A stretch of DNA of 64,000 nucleotides from Chiloscyllium plagiosum. Its lineage: Eukaryota. The stretch spans positions 29,756,419-29,820,418 of the forward strand of contig NC_057719.1 of NCBI RefSeq assembly GCF_004010195.1. The letters run 5' to 3'. The notes under the pieces were generated by a model. It saw nothing but the letters and a program-made list of their open reading frames with translations. It made no database searches and was not told where the DNA came from. Shown piece by piece: positions 36,603 through 49,696 of this stretch. Every line of letters starts with the position of its first letter. Within the stretch, counting starts at the first letter, position 1. The position numbers were made by a program, and so were the translations under genes.

Positions 36603-39600
36603 TCATAGAGTCATAGAGATGTACAGCATGGAAACAGACCCTTCGGTCCAACTCGTCCATGCCGACCAGATATCCCAACCCAATCTAGTCCCACCTGCCA
36701 AGACCCGTCCCATATCCCTCCAAACCCTTCCTATTCATATACCCATCCAAATGCCTTTTAAATGTTGCAATTGTACCAGCCTCCATCACATCCTCTGGCA
36801 GCTCATTCCATACACACACCACTCTCTGCGTGAAAAAGTTGCCCCTTAGGTCTCTTTTATATCTTTCCCCTCTCACCCTAAACCTATGCCCTCTAGTTCT
36901 GGACTCCCCCACCCCAGAGAAAAGACTTTGTCCATTTATCCTATGCATGTCCCTCAATTTTGTAAACCTCTATAAGGTCACCCGTCAGCCTCCGATGCTC
37001 CAGGGAAAACAGCCCCAGCCGGTTCAGCCTCTTCCTATAGCTCAAATTCTCCAACCCTGGCGATATCCTTGTAAATCTTTTCTGAACCCTTTCAAGTTTC
37101 ACAACATCTTTCCGATAAGAAGGAGACCAGAATTGCATGCAATATTCCAACAGTGGCCTAAGCAATGTCCTGTACAGCCGCAATATGACCTCCCAACTCG
37201 TGTACTCAATATTCTGACCAATGAAGGAAAGCATACCAAACACCTTCTTCACTATCCTACCTACTTGTGAGTCCACTTTCAAGGAGCTATGAACCTGCAC
37301 TCCAATGTGTCTTTCATTAGATTAGTTTAGATTCCCTACAGTTTGGAAACAGGCCCAGCTGCCCAACATGTCCACACTGACCCTCCGAAGAGCAACCCAT
37401 CCAGACCCATTTACCCCGACTAATGTACCTAACACCATAGGCAATTTAGCATAGCCAATTCACCTAACCTGCACATGTTTGGATTGTGGGAGGAAACCGG
37501 AGCACCCAGAGGAAACCCATGCAGACACGGGGAGAATGTGCAAACTCCACACACCCATTGCCCAAGGTGGGAATTGAACCAGGGTCCCTGGTGCTGTGAG
37601 GCAGCAGTGCTTATCACTGAGCTACCGTCTCTTGGTTCAGCAACACTCCCTAGGACCTTACCATTAAGTGTACAAGTCCTGCTATGATGGTGCTTTCCCA
37701 AATTGCAGCACCTCACATTTATCTGAATTAAACTCCATCTGCCATTCTCAGTCCATTGGCCCATCTGGTCAAGATCCTGTTGTAGTCTGAGGTAACCCTC
37801 TTTGCTGTCCACTACACCTCCAATTTTGGTGTCATCTGCAAACTTATTAACTGTACCTCTTAGGCTCGCATCCAAATCATTTATGTAAATGACAAAAAGT
37901 AGAGGACCAAGCACCGATCCTTGTGGCACTCCACTGGTCACAGGCCTCCAGTCTGAAAACCGAAACTCCACCACCACTCTCTCTCTCTCTCTCTTCTGCC
38001 TTTGAGCCAGTTCTGTAGCCAAATGGCTAATTCTCCCTGTATTCTGTGAGATCTAACCTTGCTAACCAGTCTCCCATGGGGAACTTTGTCAAACACCTGA
38101 CTGAAGTCCGTATAGATCACATCTACCGCTCTGTCCTCATCAATCCTCTTTGTTACTTCCTCAAAAAACTCAATCAAGTTTGTGAGACATGATTTCTTAC
38201 ACACAAAGCCATGTTGACTATCCATAATCAGTCTTTGCCTTTCCTAATACATGTGCATCCTGTCCCTCAGGATTCCCTCCAACAACTTGCCCACCACCGA
38301 CATCAGGTTCACTGGTCTACAGTTCCCTGGCTTGTCCTTACCACCCTTCTTAGACAGTGGCATCACATTAACCAATCTCCAATCTTCCGGCACCTCACCT
38401 GTGACTATCGATGATACAAATATCTCAGCAAGAGGCCCAGCAATCACTTCTCTAGCTTCCCATAGCGTTCTAGGGTACACCTGATCATATCCTGGAGATT
38501 TAGCCACTTTTTTGCGTTTCAAGATATCCAGCACTTTCTCCTCTGTAACATGGACATTTTGAAAGGTGTCACCATCTATTTCCCTACATTCTATATGTTC
38601 CATATCTTTTTCCACAGTAAATACTGATGCAATATACTCATTTAGTATCTCCCCCATTTTCTGCAGCTCCACACAAAGGCCGGCTTGTTGATCTTTGAGG
38701 GGCCCTATTCTCTCCCTAGTTATCCTTTTGTCCTTAAATGTGTTTGTAAAAACCCTTTAAATTCTCCTTAATTCTATTTGTCAAAACTACTTCATGTCCC
38801 CTTTTTGCCCTCCTGATTTCCCACTTAAGTACACTCCTACTGCTTTTATACTCCTCTTAGGATTCACTCAATCTATCCTGTCTATACCGGATATATGCTT
38901 CCTTCTTTTTCTTAACCAAACCCTCAACTTCCTTAGTCATCCAGCATTCCTTATACCTACCAGCCTTCCCTTTCACCCTAACAGGAATATACTTTCTCTG
39001 GATTCTTGTTATCTCATTTCTGAAGGCTTCCCATTTTCTAGCCGTCCTGCCAACATCTGCCCCAGTCAGCTTTTGAAAGTTCTTGCCTAATACCGTCAAA
39101 ATTGGCCTTTCTCCAATTTAGAACTTCAATTTTTAGATCTAGTCTATCCTTTTCCATCACTATTTTAAATCTAATAGAATTATGGTCGCTGGTCCCAAAG
39201 TGCTCCCCCACTGACACCTCAGTCACCTGCCTTGCCTTATTTCCCAAGAGTAGGTCAGGTTTTGCACCTTCTTGAGCATGTACATCCACATACTGAAACA
39301 GAAAATGTTCTCATACACACTTAAATTCCTCTCCATCGAAACTCTTAACACTATGGCAGTCCCAGTCTATGGAAAGTTAAAATCCCCTACAATAACCACT
39401 ATTATTCTTACAGATAGCTGAGATCTCCTTACAAGTTTGTTTCTCAATTTCCCTCTGACTATTCGGGGGCCTATAATACAATCCCAATAAGGTGATCATC
39501 CTTTTCTTATTTCTCAGTTCCACCCAAATAACTTCCCTGGATGTACTTCCGGGAATATCCTCCCTCAGCACAGCTGTAATTCTATCCCTGATCAAAAACA

Positions 39601-40735
39601 CCATTCCCACACCTCTCTTGCCTCCCTTTCTATCCTGGTACATTAAGTTGCCAGTCCTGCCCATCCCTGAGCCATGTTTCTGTAATTGCTATGATATCCC
39701 AGTCCCATGTTCCTAAACATGCCCGGAGTTCATCTGCCTTCCCTGTTAGGCCCTTGCATTGAAATAAATGCAGTTTAATTTATTAGTCCTACCTTGTCCC
39801 TGCCTGCCCTGACTGTTTGTCTTGCTTCTGTTCTCAACTATACCAGTGTTAGATTGATCGCTTTCCTCACTATCTCCCTGCATTCCACACCCCCCACCTT
39901 ACTAGTTTAAATCCTCTCAAGCAGCTCTAGCAAATCTCCCCTCCAGTATATTAATCCCCTTCCAATTTAGGTTCAATCCACCCTTCTTGTACAGGTCACT
40001 TCTACCCCAAAATACCTTCCAATGATCCAAAAATGTGAATCCTTCTCCCCTACACCAGCTCCTCAGCCATGCATTTATCTGCTCTATCCTCCTATTCCTG
40101 CCCTCACTAGCTCATAACATCAGGAGTAATCCAGATATTACAGCTCTCGAGGACCTCCTTTTTAAATTATTGCCTAACTCTCTGTAATCTCTCTTCAGAA
40201 TTTCAACCTTTTCTCTTCCCATGTCGTTGGTTCCAATGTGGACAATGACCTCTTGCTGGCTCCTCTCCCACTTGAGAACATTCTGCACCCTCTCTGAGAC
40301 ATCCTTGATCCTGGCACCAGGAAAGCAACATACCATTCTGATTTTTCACTGCTGGCCACAGAAACGTTTGTCGGTACCTCGGACTAGAGAATTCCCTAAA
40401 ACAATGGATCTCTTGGAACCCGATGTACCTCTCGTTGCATTAGAACCAGTCTCAATACCAGAAACTTGGCTGTTCGTGCTACATTCCTGAGGATTCATCA
40501 CCCCCTACACTTTCCAAAACAGCATACTTGTTTGAAATGGGTATAGCCACAGAAGACTCCTGCACTAGGTGCCTACCTCTCTTACCTTTCCTGGAGTTAA
40601 CCCATCTGTGTGACTGTATGTGAGACTTTCTTCCCACCCCCCCCTCCCATAACTGCCATCCATCACATACTGTTGCTGTTGCAAATTTCTCACTGCTTCT
40701 AACTGTCTCTCCAACTGATCCATTCGATCTGACTT
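36603..40735 (-). mobile_element. Long CR1 LINE (ORF1 esterase through 3' tail), decayed
   Basis: [57 protein letters not shown]; tail CATAGAGTCATAGAG. Confidence 0.94.
37316..37627 (-). mobile_element. HE1 V-SINE nested in CR1
   Basis: Reverse complement of HE1 head, V-domain and (AATCT)-like tail. Confidence 0.88.
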
Positions 40736-41373
40736 TGCAATCACAAAAAAATCACTGGAATTGCATCCTACTTCACAGCTTCAGATACAACTTACAATAT
40801 ATTCCAATATTTTGTTCCATTTAACCATCACCACATCCTCATCTATCCCTTCTGGCTCTCATTTCCCAAGGAATTAAAATGTTCATCAAATTTAAAGTAC
40901 TTTTTGCAATCTCACCCCATGCTGTAGCTCCTTTAGGTATAAAATCATGTTGCAATCTCCTCACTTCAGTTTGTTGTTCCTGCAGAGTGTCTAATTTTAA
41001 CTTAGTCTTCCTCTGGTATTCCCTTCCTATCTATTGCCTGCTCTCTATGTTGAAGCCTAATAAAAATCCACATGAACAATCACTTCCTCGAAGTTCAATT
41101 TTTGTTTGGCTGTTCTATTTTACGCACTCTCTCACAGACACTATGTAGGTTCCCGTTGACAAAAGGAAATATAATACTTGCAAATATACAAAGTATATTA
41201 GGTAATATCCTAATTATTCAGTACACAGAAACATTTAAAGTATTGCATAGGTACAAATACATTGAGGTTCTGCTCGATTCATAATAAACGTTTACAGAGG
41301 GATAATAATCTGCAATTATATTACCACATTTGTCCAGTCAGAAAAGTCTTTAAATTGGCGTAACAAATAACTA

Positions 41374-42181
41374 TCAGCGTTCCAGAAAGACCACTCCCTC
41401 CGCGACTCCCTCGTCAGGTCCACACCCCCCACCAACCCAACCTCCACTCCCGGCACCTTCCCCTGCAACCGCAAGAAATGCAAAACTTGCACCCACACCT
41501 CCCCCCTCACTTCTCTCCAAGGCCCCAAGGGATCTCCCATATCCGTCACAAATTCATCTGCACCTCCACACACATAATTTACTGGATCCGCTGCAACCGA
41601 TGTGGCTCCTATACATTGGGGAGACAAGCCACCTACTTGTGGAACGTTTCAGAGAACACCTCTGGGACACCCGCACCAACCAACCCAACCACCCCTTGGC
41701 TGAACACTTTAGCTCCCCCTCCCACTCCGCCAAGGACATGCAGGTCCTTGGCCTCCTCCATCGCCAGACCATGGCAACATGACATCTGGAGGAAGAGCGC
41801 CTCATCTTCCGCCTAGGAACCCTCCAACCACAAACGATGAATGCAGATTTCTCCAGTTTCCTCATTTCCCCTCCTCCCACCTTTTCTCAGTCCCAACCCT
41901 CGGACTCAGCACCACCTTCTTGACCTGCAATCTTCTTCCCGACCTATCACCCTCACCTTGACCTCCTTCCACCTATCGCATTCCCAACACCCCTCCCCCA
42001 AGTCCCTCCTCCCTACCTTTTATCTTAGCCTGCTTGGCACACCCTCCTCATTCCTGAAGAAGGGCTTATGCCCGAAACGTCGATTCTCCTGTTCCTTCGA
42101 TGCTGCCTGACCTGCTGCGCTTTTCCAGCCACACATTTTTCAGCTCTGATCCCCAGCATCTGCAGTCCTCACTTTCTCCTA
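41374..42181 (+). mobile_element. 5'-truncated Penelope-like element (GIY-YIG + pLTR), coding parent of family A
   Basis: FICTSTHIIYWIRCNRCG / LYIGETSHLLVERFREH; 14 bp perfect TSD GTAACAAATAACTA at 41360-41373 and 42182-42195. Confidence 0.92.
42050..42085 (+). ncRNA. Minimal type I hammerhead ribozyme (family A), apparently intact
   Basis: ATTC-CTGAAGA(42054-42060)-A-GGGC TTAT GCCC-GAAA(42074-42077)-CGTC|GATT; cleavage after 42081. Confidence 0.82.
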
Positions 42182-42614
42182 GTAACAAATAACTACTTTA
42201 CCGCAAAAGTATCAGGAAGAAAGAGGGTAGAAGCCACCTTCAAACCAAGTAACATTAGGCGTTTTGAGTTGTTTAAACGAAAATCAAATGTTGACACAAC
42301 TTGACCCATGGCAATGTGGACCAGATCACACCCAGAGACTGGATGAGCCAAGATTTAAAGTGAATGAAATGGCTGGAGCGCGCCGACTCGTGGCTAATGG
42401 GACGGCGGTTTCTATGCCGCTGTCTCATTCACAGAGTCGCCACGGTAGGAAAGGAAGGGACAACAGGCCGGCGATGTCGACCACTCCATGTCTCCAATCC
42501 TCCGCTGCTTCGACAGTCCACATGGAGAAAGTAAAGTTTACAAATATCCTGTCTATCTGTCTGTCAGTCAGTCAGTCAGTCAGTCAGTCAACCGCCTGAT
42601 CTCGAGCTGCTCAC

Positions 42615-42720
42615 CTGTTGCCTCTCCCAGACCAGGTTAGGTATTTTATCTGTTCCCCTGTTTAGAGGCCATTTCGCCGACTGCTCATTCTAGCCGGCTG
42701 CGCGTCTCTGTTGTCCGGGA
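42615..42720 (-). other. LRRC9: Candidate non-coding first exon of LRRC9
   Basis: Non-repeat CpG-rich patch (about 42370-42720); strong minus-strand donor CAG|GTGAGC (intron begins 42614); TSS unknown. Confidence 0.6.
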
Positions 42721-42743
42721 GCCATTTTGGTTTCCATGGAGAA
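42721..42743. promoter_or_regulatory. Candidate RFX X-box plus YY1-like site at the LRRC9 promoter
   Basis: GTTTCCATGGAGAA (42730-42743) vs X-box GTTTCCATGGAAAC; adjacent GCCATTTTG; LRRC9 is a cilia-associated gene. Confidence 0.5.
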
Positions 42744-43061
42744 GGCCATGGGGTTAAAGGTTAAAGGGGCAACAAGCAAAAACCCCTTGCAAAACAAGAA
42801 ACAAAATTTAAGAGTTGGAAATGTGACAGCAAAAAATAAAAGGAGATAATTCGGACATTTTCATCTTAGCATCTCAAGCAAAAATTTTGAGGCAAACACT
42901 TCAGCCGTTGTTTTTCAAATATGAAAGCAGAGACGTACGTGGGCACGTGAATACTGTAGATCTGATGAATCACAAAACTGAAGAAGCTTCAAAAGCCATA
43001 TAACTTTTTAAAAGAAATATACAGTACTCCATTACTGGAATGAAGACTGTGCAAGATTATT

Positions 43062-43330
43062 TTGATTTGGAGGAGCCGGTGTTGGACCGGGTGGACAAAA
43101 TTAAAAATGACACAACACCAGATTATAGTTCAACAGGCTTATTTGGAAGCACTAGCTTTCGAGGCGCTGCTTCTTCGTCAGGTGGTTGTGAAGCAGGACC
43201 ATAAGACACAGAATTTATATCAAAAGATTACAGTGATACAATGACACATTGAAGAAACCTATATTGTTAAGTCTTTGATTTTTTAGAAATGATTTGCTGG
43301 TTTCGGTTCTTTAATATGTACATCCCATAT
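43062..43330 (-). mobile_element. Penelope-like terminal fragment (family B) with hammerhead
   Basis: Reverse complement of 50207-50368, extended further 5'. Confidence 0.8.
43147..43187 (-). ncRNA. Minimal hammerhead (family B), one stem II mismatch
   Basis: Minus strand AACCAC-CTGACGA-A-GAAGC AGC GCCTC-GAAA-GCTA|GTGCTT. Confidence 0.72.
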
Positions 43331-43379
43331 GGGATTTCACTACAGATTATTATTAAAGATCCAAAACCATTATTAATCT

Positions 43380-43902
43380 CATCTATCCTTTTCCATCACT
43401 ACTTTAAAACTAATAGAATTTTGGTCGCTGGCCCCAAAGCGCTCTCCCACTGACACCTGCCTTGCCTTATTTCCCGAGAGTAGGTCAAGTTTTGCACCTT
43501 CTTGAGTAGGTACATCCACATATTGAATTACAAAATTTTCTTGTACACACTTAACAATTCCTCTCCATCTAAACCCTTAACACAATGGCAGTCCCAGTCT
43601 ATGTTTGGAAAGTTAAAATCCCCTACCATAACCACCCTATTATTCTTATAGATAACTGAGATCTCCTTACAAATTTGTTTCCCAATTTTCCTCTGACTAT
43701 TAGGGGGTCTACAGTATAATCCTAATAAAGTGATCATTCCTTTCTTATTTCTCAGTTCCACTCAAATAACTTCCCTGCATATATTTCTGGGAGTGTCCTT
43801 CCTCAATACAGCTGTAATGCTATCCCTGATCAAAAATTGAAATAAATGCAGTTTAATTTATCAGTGTCCTAGCTTGTTTTTGCTTTGTCCCTGCCTGCCC
43901 TG
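43380..43902 (-). mobile_element. CR1 APE-domain fragment
   Basis: LGLYCRPPNS...VGDFNFPNIDW. Confidence 0.88.
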
Positions 43903-44980
43903 ATAGTCCATTTGCTGTTGATACGCCCACATGGCATAAGAGAGGGAGATCCAGGATTTTAATCCAGCAAGAGTGTAGGAATGTGATATGTTTCCAGGTC
44001 AGTAAGGCTTAAGTCAGTAAGTTGAGGAGTTTCCTGTTTGATTGTATGTGGAGGTATATTCCTTTTATGTTGACAAAGAAAGCAGAAGTCAGAAAGGCAT
44101 AGAAACATTTCAAAGTTAATGAGGCTTAAAAAAAAATTTGCACATGATGGTGTTCTCACGTAACTGCTACCCTTGTCTTTATAGATAGTAGCGCAACACA
44201 TATAAAAAGTCTTATTTGTTCTTTATAATCCTTCCTGGTTCTCTCTCCATTTATGTTTCTTTTCCTATTTATCTGCTTTTTAGACACTATTTGCTGGACT
44301 TTGAACATGTGCCAATCTTGAAGCTAGCCGCTACGCTTGCGGTATTATAAGCTTATTATTTTCATCTAATGTAATCCTTAATATCCATTGTTGGCCATGA
44401 TATTTCCACACTGAATTTTTACTCTATAAACTTGTGTATAAGTTGAATTTTGAAGATCATTTATTTAAGCTGAAATTAGAGGGTCGACTAATACATGAGG
44501 TATTGTTTTTGAGGGGATGAAATTCATGCTAGGAGTCAAAAAATGGACAAACAAGAGCCAGATCTCTATATAAAATAATAAACAGCAAAGGAAAAATAAT
44601 TATAGTCATTATTGAATATCTATTTACAAAATAACTGTCTCAATTCTACTTGCTATGGCAGAAAGTATTGTTGTATCTTATTCCAGTTACCAGTACCGTC
44701 AAGTGCATGTTGGTATACATATATGTACAATGTTAATAGACATACCAGCTGGTGGTCAGGCCATCTACCGAGGGTATTTGTACAATACACAATTCATGAA
44801 ATAAAAACAAAAAAAAGACTGATAATATTTTATTTAAAAAAACCAGATAAAACTATTAATATTATATGGTAAACACTTTACATCAAAAAACTGATATTCA
44901 CAGCAAATGACTCTTCTCATTGTATATCACAGATATTATGGGATAGCTGCTTAAAACAAAAGTTACATGCAAAAGTCCCA

Positions 44981-46287
44981 TTAGAATCCTTCAAATTCAC
45001 TGTCCTCATCACATGCACCACTTAATAAATCATTCCAGTCGTCTGGATCAAGCATATCGTCATATAGATCATCATCTGCAGTCTCAAGGGGATCATCAAT
45101 TGATTTTTCATCACTTCCATCTGACCGTAAATAGCCATCCTCCATACCATTAAAGTAATAGATTTTCCACATTTTTTGAAGGCTTTCACAATAATTTCAG
45201 TTTTCCTCATCTTCCAGGACTCAATAATCCACACACATACAGTTGCAAGTAATGGAGCACGCATGTTGCCACCCTTTGTGAAGCTTTTTTCTCTACTTGC
45301 ATCCAAGTGTTCCATTTCTTCTCTACTAAGTCCTTAAAAAGTTTATTGATGCTAACATCCAGTGTCTGTACCATGCTTGTAAGGCCTCCAGGAATCATTG
45401 CAATGTTAGTATTTTAGCTCAAAAGTTCACTGATAACAGTTTTCACTCTGTGTGATTTGAACATATCCCAAACCAGTAAGCTTTTTGCATTTCTAAGTCC
45501 ACTTGGTTGCATATTCCATTCCTCCCAGTCCAATTCTTGCAGCCACTTTCATCCATTCACCTTTTTTCCAAAGACTAGGACAACAATACCTTTCAGAAAT
45601 TTCTGTTTGGGTGCGCTTTCTGCTTAAAAATCACCATAGGCTTTAACTTTGTTCCATTTGCCACACAACCAAGTGCCACAGTGAATTGACTCCTTTCATG
45701 GCCAGTAGTCTTAACTAAAACTGTTTTTGCACTAATCTTGTCATCAGTTCTGTTCCCTGCCACATTCTGTTCATTGGGATCTTGTTGATATTGCCGATGC
45801 ATGAGAGTCTGCACTCGTTTTTCTTCCGACTTCTGATTACAAAGCAATGGACCTCAATTAACTTGTCATTAGGTTCTGCTGGTAGACATTGGGCAATCTT
45901 GGTTTTCTGTCTGAGCACTAAATCATACCTTTTCATGGACCGACTGCACCATCTAGCACTGGCTTTGAAATCACTGAATCAATCTTTTTTTGCTCCTTTT
46001 TGGCACGAATTCTTATGCTTGGCGAGTCACTATGCTTCCATTCTGACGACACTGAATTACCCAGTTAGCAACCTTTTCTTCTAGTTGTGGCCACTTGTTA
46101 GGCTTTCCTTGGTCGGCATACCTCTGTTTTGGCACAGCTTTTAACTGTGTGGCTTTTCTCCTCCAATCTCGGACATGTTTTTCCAGAAACATAGGCCCTT
46201 GCAGCTACGCTTATTGTTGTTCTTCTCTGCAACCTCAATAAGTTAAAGTTTAAACTGTACTGTATACTCTTTTCTTCATGATGCCAT
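44981..46287 (-). pseudogene. Fragmented pogo DDE transposase
   Basis: MAS*RKEYTVQFKL (Brinker-like HTH), FMKRYDLVLRQKT (CENP-B HTH end), KTTGHERSQFTVAL...GTKLKPMVIFK, IPGGLTSMVQTLDVSINK, IVKAFKKCG, acidic tail ending DSEFEGF. Confidence 0.88.
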
Positions 46288-46539
46288 TTTGTCAGAAAAA
46301 ATTGGGGGAGTTTTACAATATGTTCAGAGCACAACCGTACATTACACCTACTTCTAAGAAATCAAAGTAACAGTGGGAATACAAGGTCGCAGGCTCCCAT
46401 AAGGTAGATAGTTGCATGCACAGATCAAATAGATATATGTAAATAGTACAAAAATAAACATATACATTATCAACATTCAATTTAATGATTTGAAAATCAT
46501 GTTACCCAAATATATCCTGGTGCATGTAACATGTGATGA

Positions 46540-49500
46540 CCCAGGTGATGTTATCAACCTAGACTTCCGAAAGGCCTTTGATAAGATGCCTCATGGGAGC
46601 CTGCTGAGTAAGGTGAAGGCCCATGGTGTTTGAGGTGAGCTACTGGCATGGATTGAGGATTGGCTGACAGAAGGCAGAGAGTTGGGATAAACGGGTCTTT
46701 TTCAGAATGGCAGCTAGAGACAAGTGGTGTCCCACAGCGTTCAGTGTTGAGGTCCCAGCTGTTCACTTTATATATAAATGATCTGGATGAAGAGACTGGG
46801 GGCATTTGGTGAAGTTCACTATGATGCGAAGTTAGGTGGACAGGCAGGTAGTTCTGAGGAAGTGGAGAGGCTACAGAAAGATTTAGGCAGTTTAGGAGAA
46901 TGGTCCAAGAAATGGCTGATGAAATTCAATGTGAGCAAATGTGAAGTCTTGCACTTGGAAAAAAGAACACAGGCATGTACTATTTTATAAACGGTGAAAA
47001 AATTCATAAAGTCAAAGTACAAAGGGATCTGGGAGTGCTAGTACAGGATTCTCTAAAGGTTGACTTGCAGGTTGAGTCCATGGTTAAGAAAGCAAATGTA
47101 ATAGAACATAGAACATTACAACGCAGAACAGACCCTTCGGCTCTCAATGTTGTGCCAACCTGTGAACTATTTTCAGCTCATCCCCCTACACTATCCCCAA
47201 ATCATCCAAAATTATCTAAGGACTGTTTAAATCTCCCTAATGTGGCTGAGTTGACTACATTAGCAGGTAGGGCATTCCACACCCTTACCACTCTATGCGT
47301 AAAGAACCTGCCTTTGACATCTGTCTTAAATCTATCCCCCTGAATTTGTAGTTATGCCCCCTCGTACACACTGGCATCATCATCCTAGGAAAAAGAGTTT
47401 TGCTGTCTACCCTATCTAATCCTCTGACCATCTTGTATGTCTCTATCAAATCCCCTCTTAGCCTTCTCCTTGCCAATGAGAACAGGTTAAAGTCTCTTAG
47501 CCTTTCCTCATAAGACCTTCCCTTCAGACCAGGCAACATCCTGGTAAATCTCCTCTGCACCTTTTCCAATGCTTCTACATCCTTCCCGAAATATGGGGAG
47601 CAGAACTGTACACAATATTCCAAGTGTGGCCGCACCAGCGTTTTGTATAGTTGCAGCATGATATTGCGGCTCCGGAACTCAATCCCTCTACGAATGAAAC
47701 TTAACACACTGTATGCCTTCTTAACAGCACTATCCAACTGGGTGGCAACTTTCAGGGGTCTATGTACATGGACTCCAAAATCCCTCTGCACATTCACACT
47801 ACCAAGAATCTTTCCATCAACCCAGTACTGACAAACAGCAGTGGTCCCAAAACAGATCCTTGTGGCGCACCACTAGTAACCGGACTCCAGGCTGAATATT
47901 TTCCATCAAACACCACTCGCTGCCTTCTTTCAGAAAGCCAGTTTCTAATCCAAACTGTGCCTCTGCATTTTCTCCAACAGCCTGCCATGTGGAACCTTAT
48001 CAAATGCTTTACTGAAGTCCATGTATACCACGTCAACTTCCCTACCCTCATCTACATGCTTGGTCACCTTCTCAAAAAGCTCAATGAAGTTTGTGAGACG
48101 CGACCTGCCCTTGACGAAACCATGTTGACTATCTGAAATCAAATTATTGCTTGCTAGGTGATTATAAATCTTATCTCTTATAATCCTTTCCAAAATCTTT
48201 ACTACAACAGAAGTAAGGCTCACCGGTCTATAATTACCTGGGTTCATCTCTACTGCCCTTCTTGAACAAGGGCACAACATTTGCAATCTTCCAGTCCTCT
48301 GGTACCAAGCCTGTAGCCAATGATGACTTAAATATCAAAGCCAAAGACTCTGCTATCTCCTCCCTAGCTTCCCAGAGAATCCTCGGATAAATCCCATCCG
48401 GCCCAGGGGACTTGTTTACTTTCACTCCTTCCAGAATTGATAACACCTGTTCATAACTAACCTGGATCCTTTCTAGTCTAATATCTCATCCCTCATTCTT
48501 CTCCTCTACAATATTAACCTTTTCCTGAGTGAAAAATGATGAGAAATGTTCGTTTAGCACCTCTCCGATCTCCACAGGGTCCACACTCAACTTCCCACTT
48601 CTGTCTTTGATTGACCCTTTTCCTACCCTAATCATCCTTTTATTCCTCACATATCTTTAGAAAGCTTTAGGGTTCTCCTTTATTCTATTTGCTTAAGATT
48701 ACTCATGTCCTCTCTTTGCTCTTCTTAGCTCTCTCTTTAAATCCTTCCTAGCTCATCTGTACCTCTCCATCGCCTCATCTGAACCATCTTGCCTCATCAA
48801 CACATAAGCCTCCTTCTTCTTCGTAACAAGAGATGCAATTTCTGTTGTAAACCACGGTTCCCTTATCTTATCACTTCCTCCCTGCCTGACAGGGACATAC
48901 CTATCACGGACGCGCAATATCTGTTCCTTAAACCAGCTCCACATTTCCATTGTCTGCATCTCCCACATTTTGCTATCCCATTCTATGCATCCTAATTCTT
49001 GCCTAATCGTGTTATAATTTCCCCTGCCCCATCGATAACTCTTGACCTGTGGCATGCACCTATCTGTTTCCACTTGTCATTTATTTCAAGAGGGTTAGAA
49101 TGTAAAAGCAGTGAGGTACTAGTAAGACTTTATAAAGCTCTGGTTAGGTCCCATTTAGAATATTGTGTCCAGTTTTGGGACCCACCCCTCAGGAAGGACA
49201 TACTGGCACTGGAGCCAGCAGAGATTCACACGGATGATCCCTGGAATGGTAGGCCTAACATACGATGAACGGCTGAGCATCCTGGTATTGTATTCATTAG
49301 AGTTCAGAAGGTTGAGAGGAGATCTAATAGAAACTTACAAGATAATGCATGGCTTAGAAAGGGTGGACACTGGGAAATTGTTTCCGTCAGGTGGGGATAC
49401 TAGGACTTGTGGGCACAGCCTTAGAATCAGAGGGGGTCAATTTAGAACAGAAATAGGAGACATTTCTTCAGCCAGAGAGTGGTGGGCCTGTGGAATTCAC

Positions 49501-49696
49501 TACCATGGAGCGCAGTGGAGGCCGGGACTTCAAATGTCTTCAAGGCAGAGATTAATTCTTAATCTTGCAAGGAATTAAAGGATATGGGGAGAGTGCGGGT
49601 GAGTGGCGTTGAAGTGTCCATCAGCCATGATTGAATGGCGGAGTGGACCCGATGGGCTGAATGTCCTTACTTCCACTCCTTTTTTCTTATGGTCTT
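46540..49696 (+). mobile_element. CR1 RT/3' fragment (46540-47100 and 49076-49696) split by an antisense CR1
   Basis: LDFRKAFD...KKANV| continues as [10 protein letters not shown]...RLRGDLIETYK; CR1 3' UTR at 49620-49696. Confidence 0.85.
47101..49072 (-). mobile_element. CR1 LINE nested antisense in CR1
   Basis: (ATAGAAC)n tail at 47101, [33 protein letters not shown]. Confidence 0.9.

Noticed and set aside
42264..42599. Plus-strand 111 aa ORF in the CpG patch as a separate gene
   Set aside because: Non-ATG start, ends in a (CAGT)n microsatellite, no domain signal
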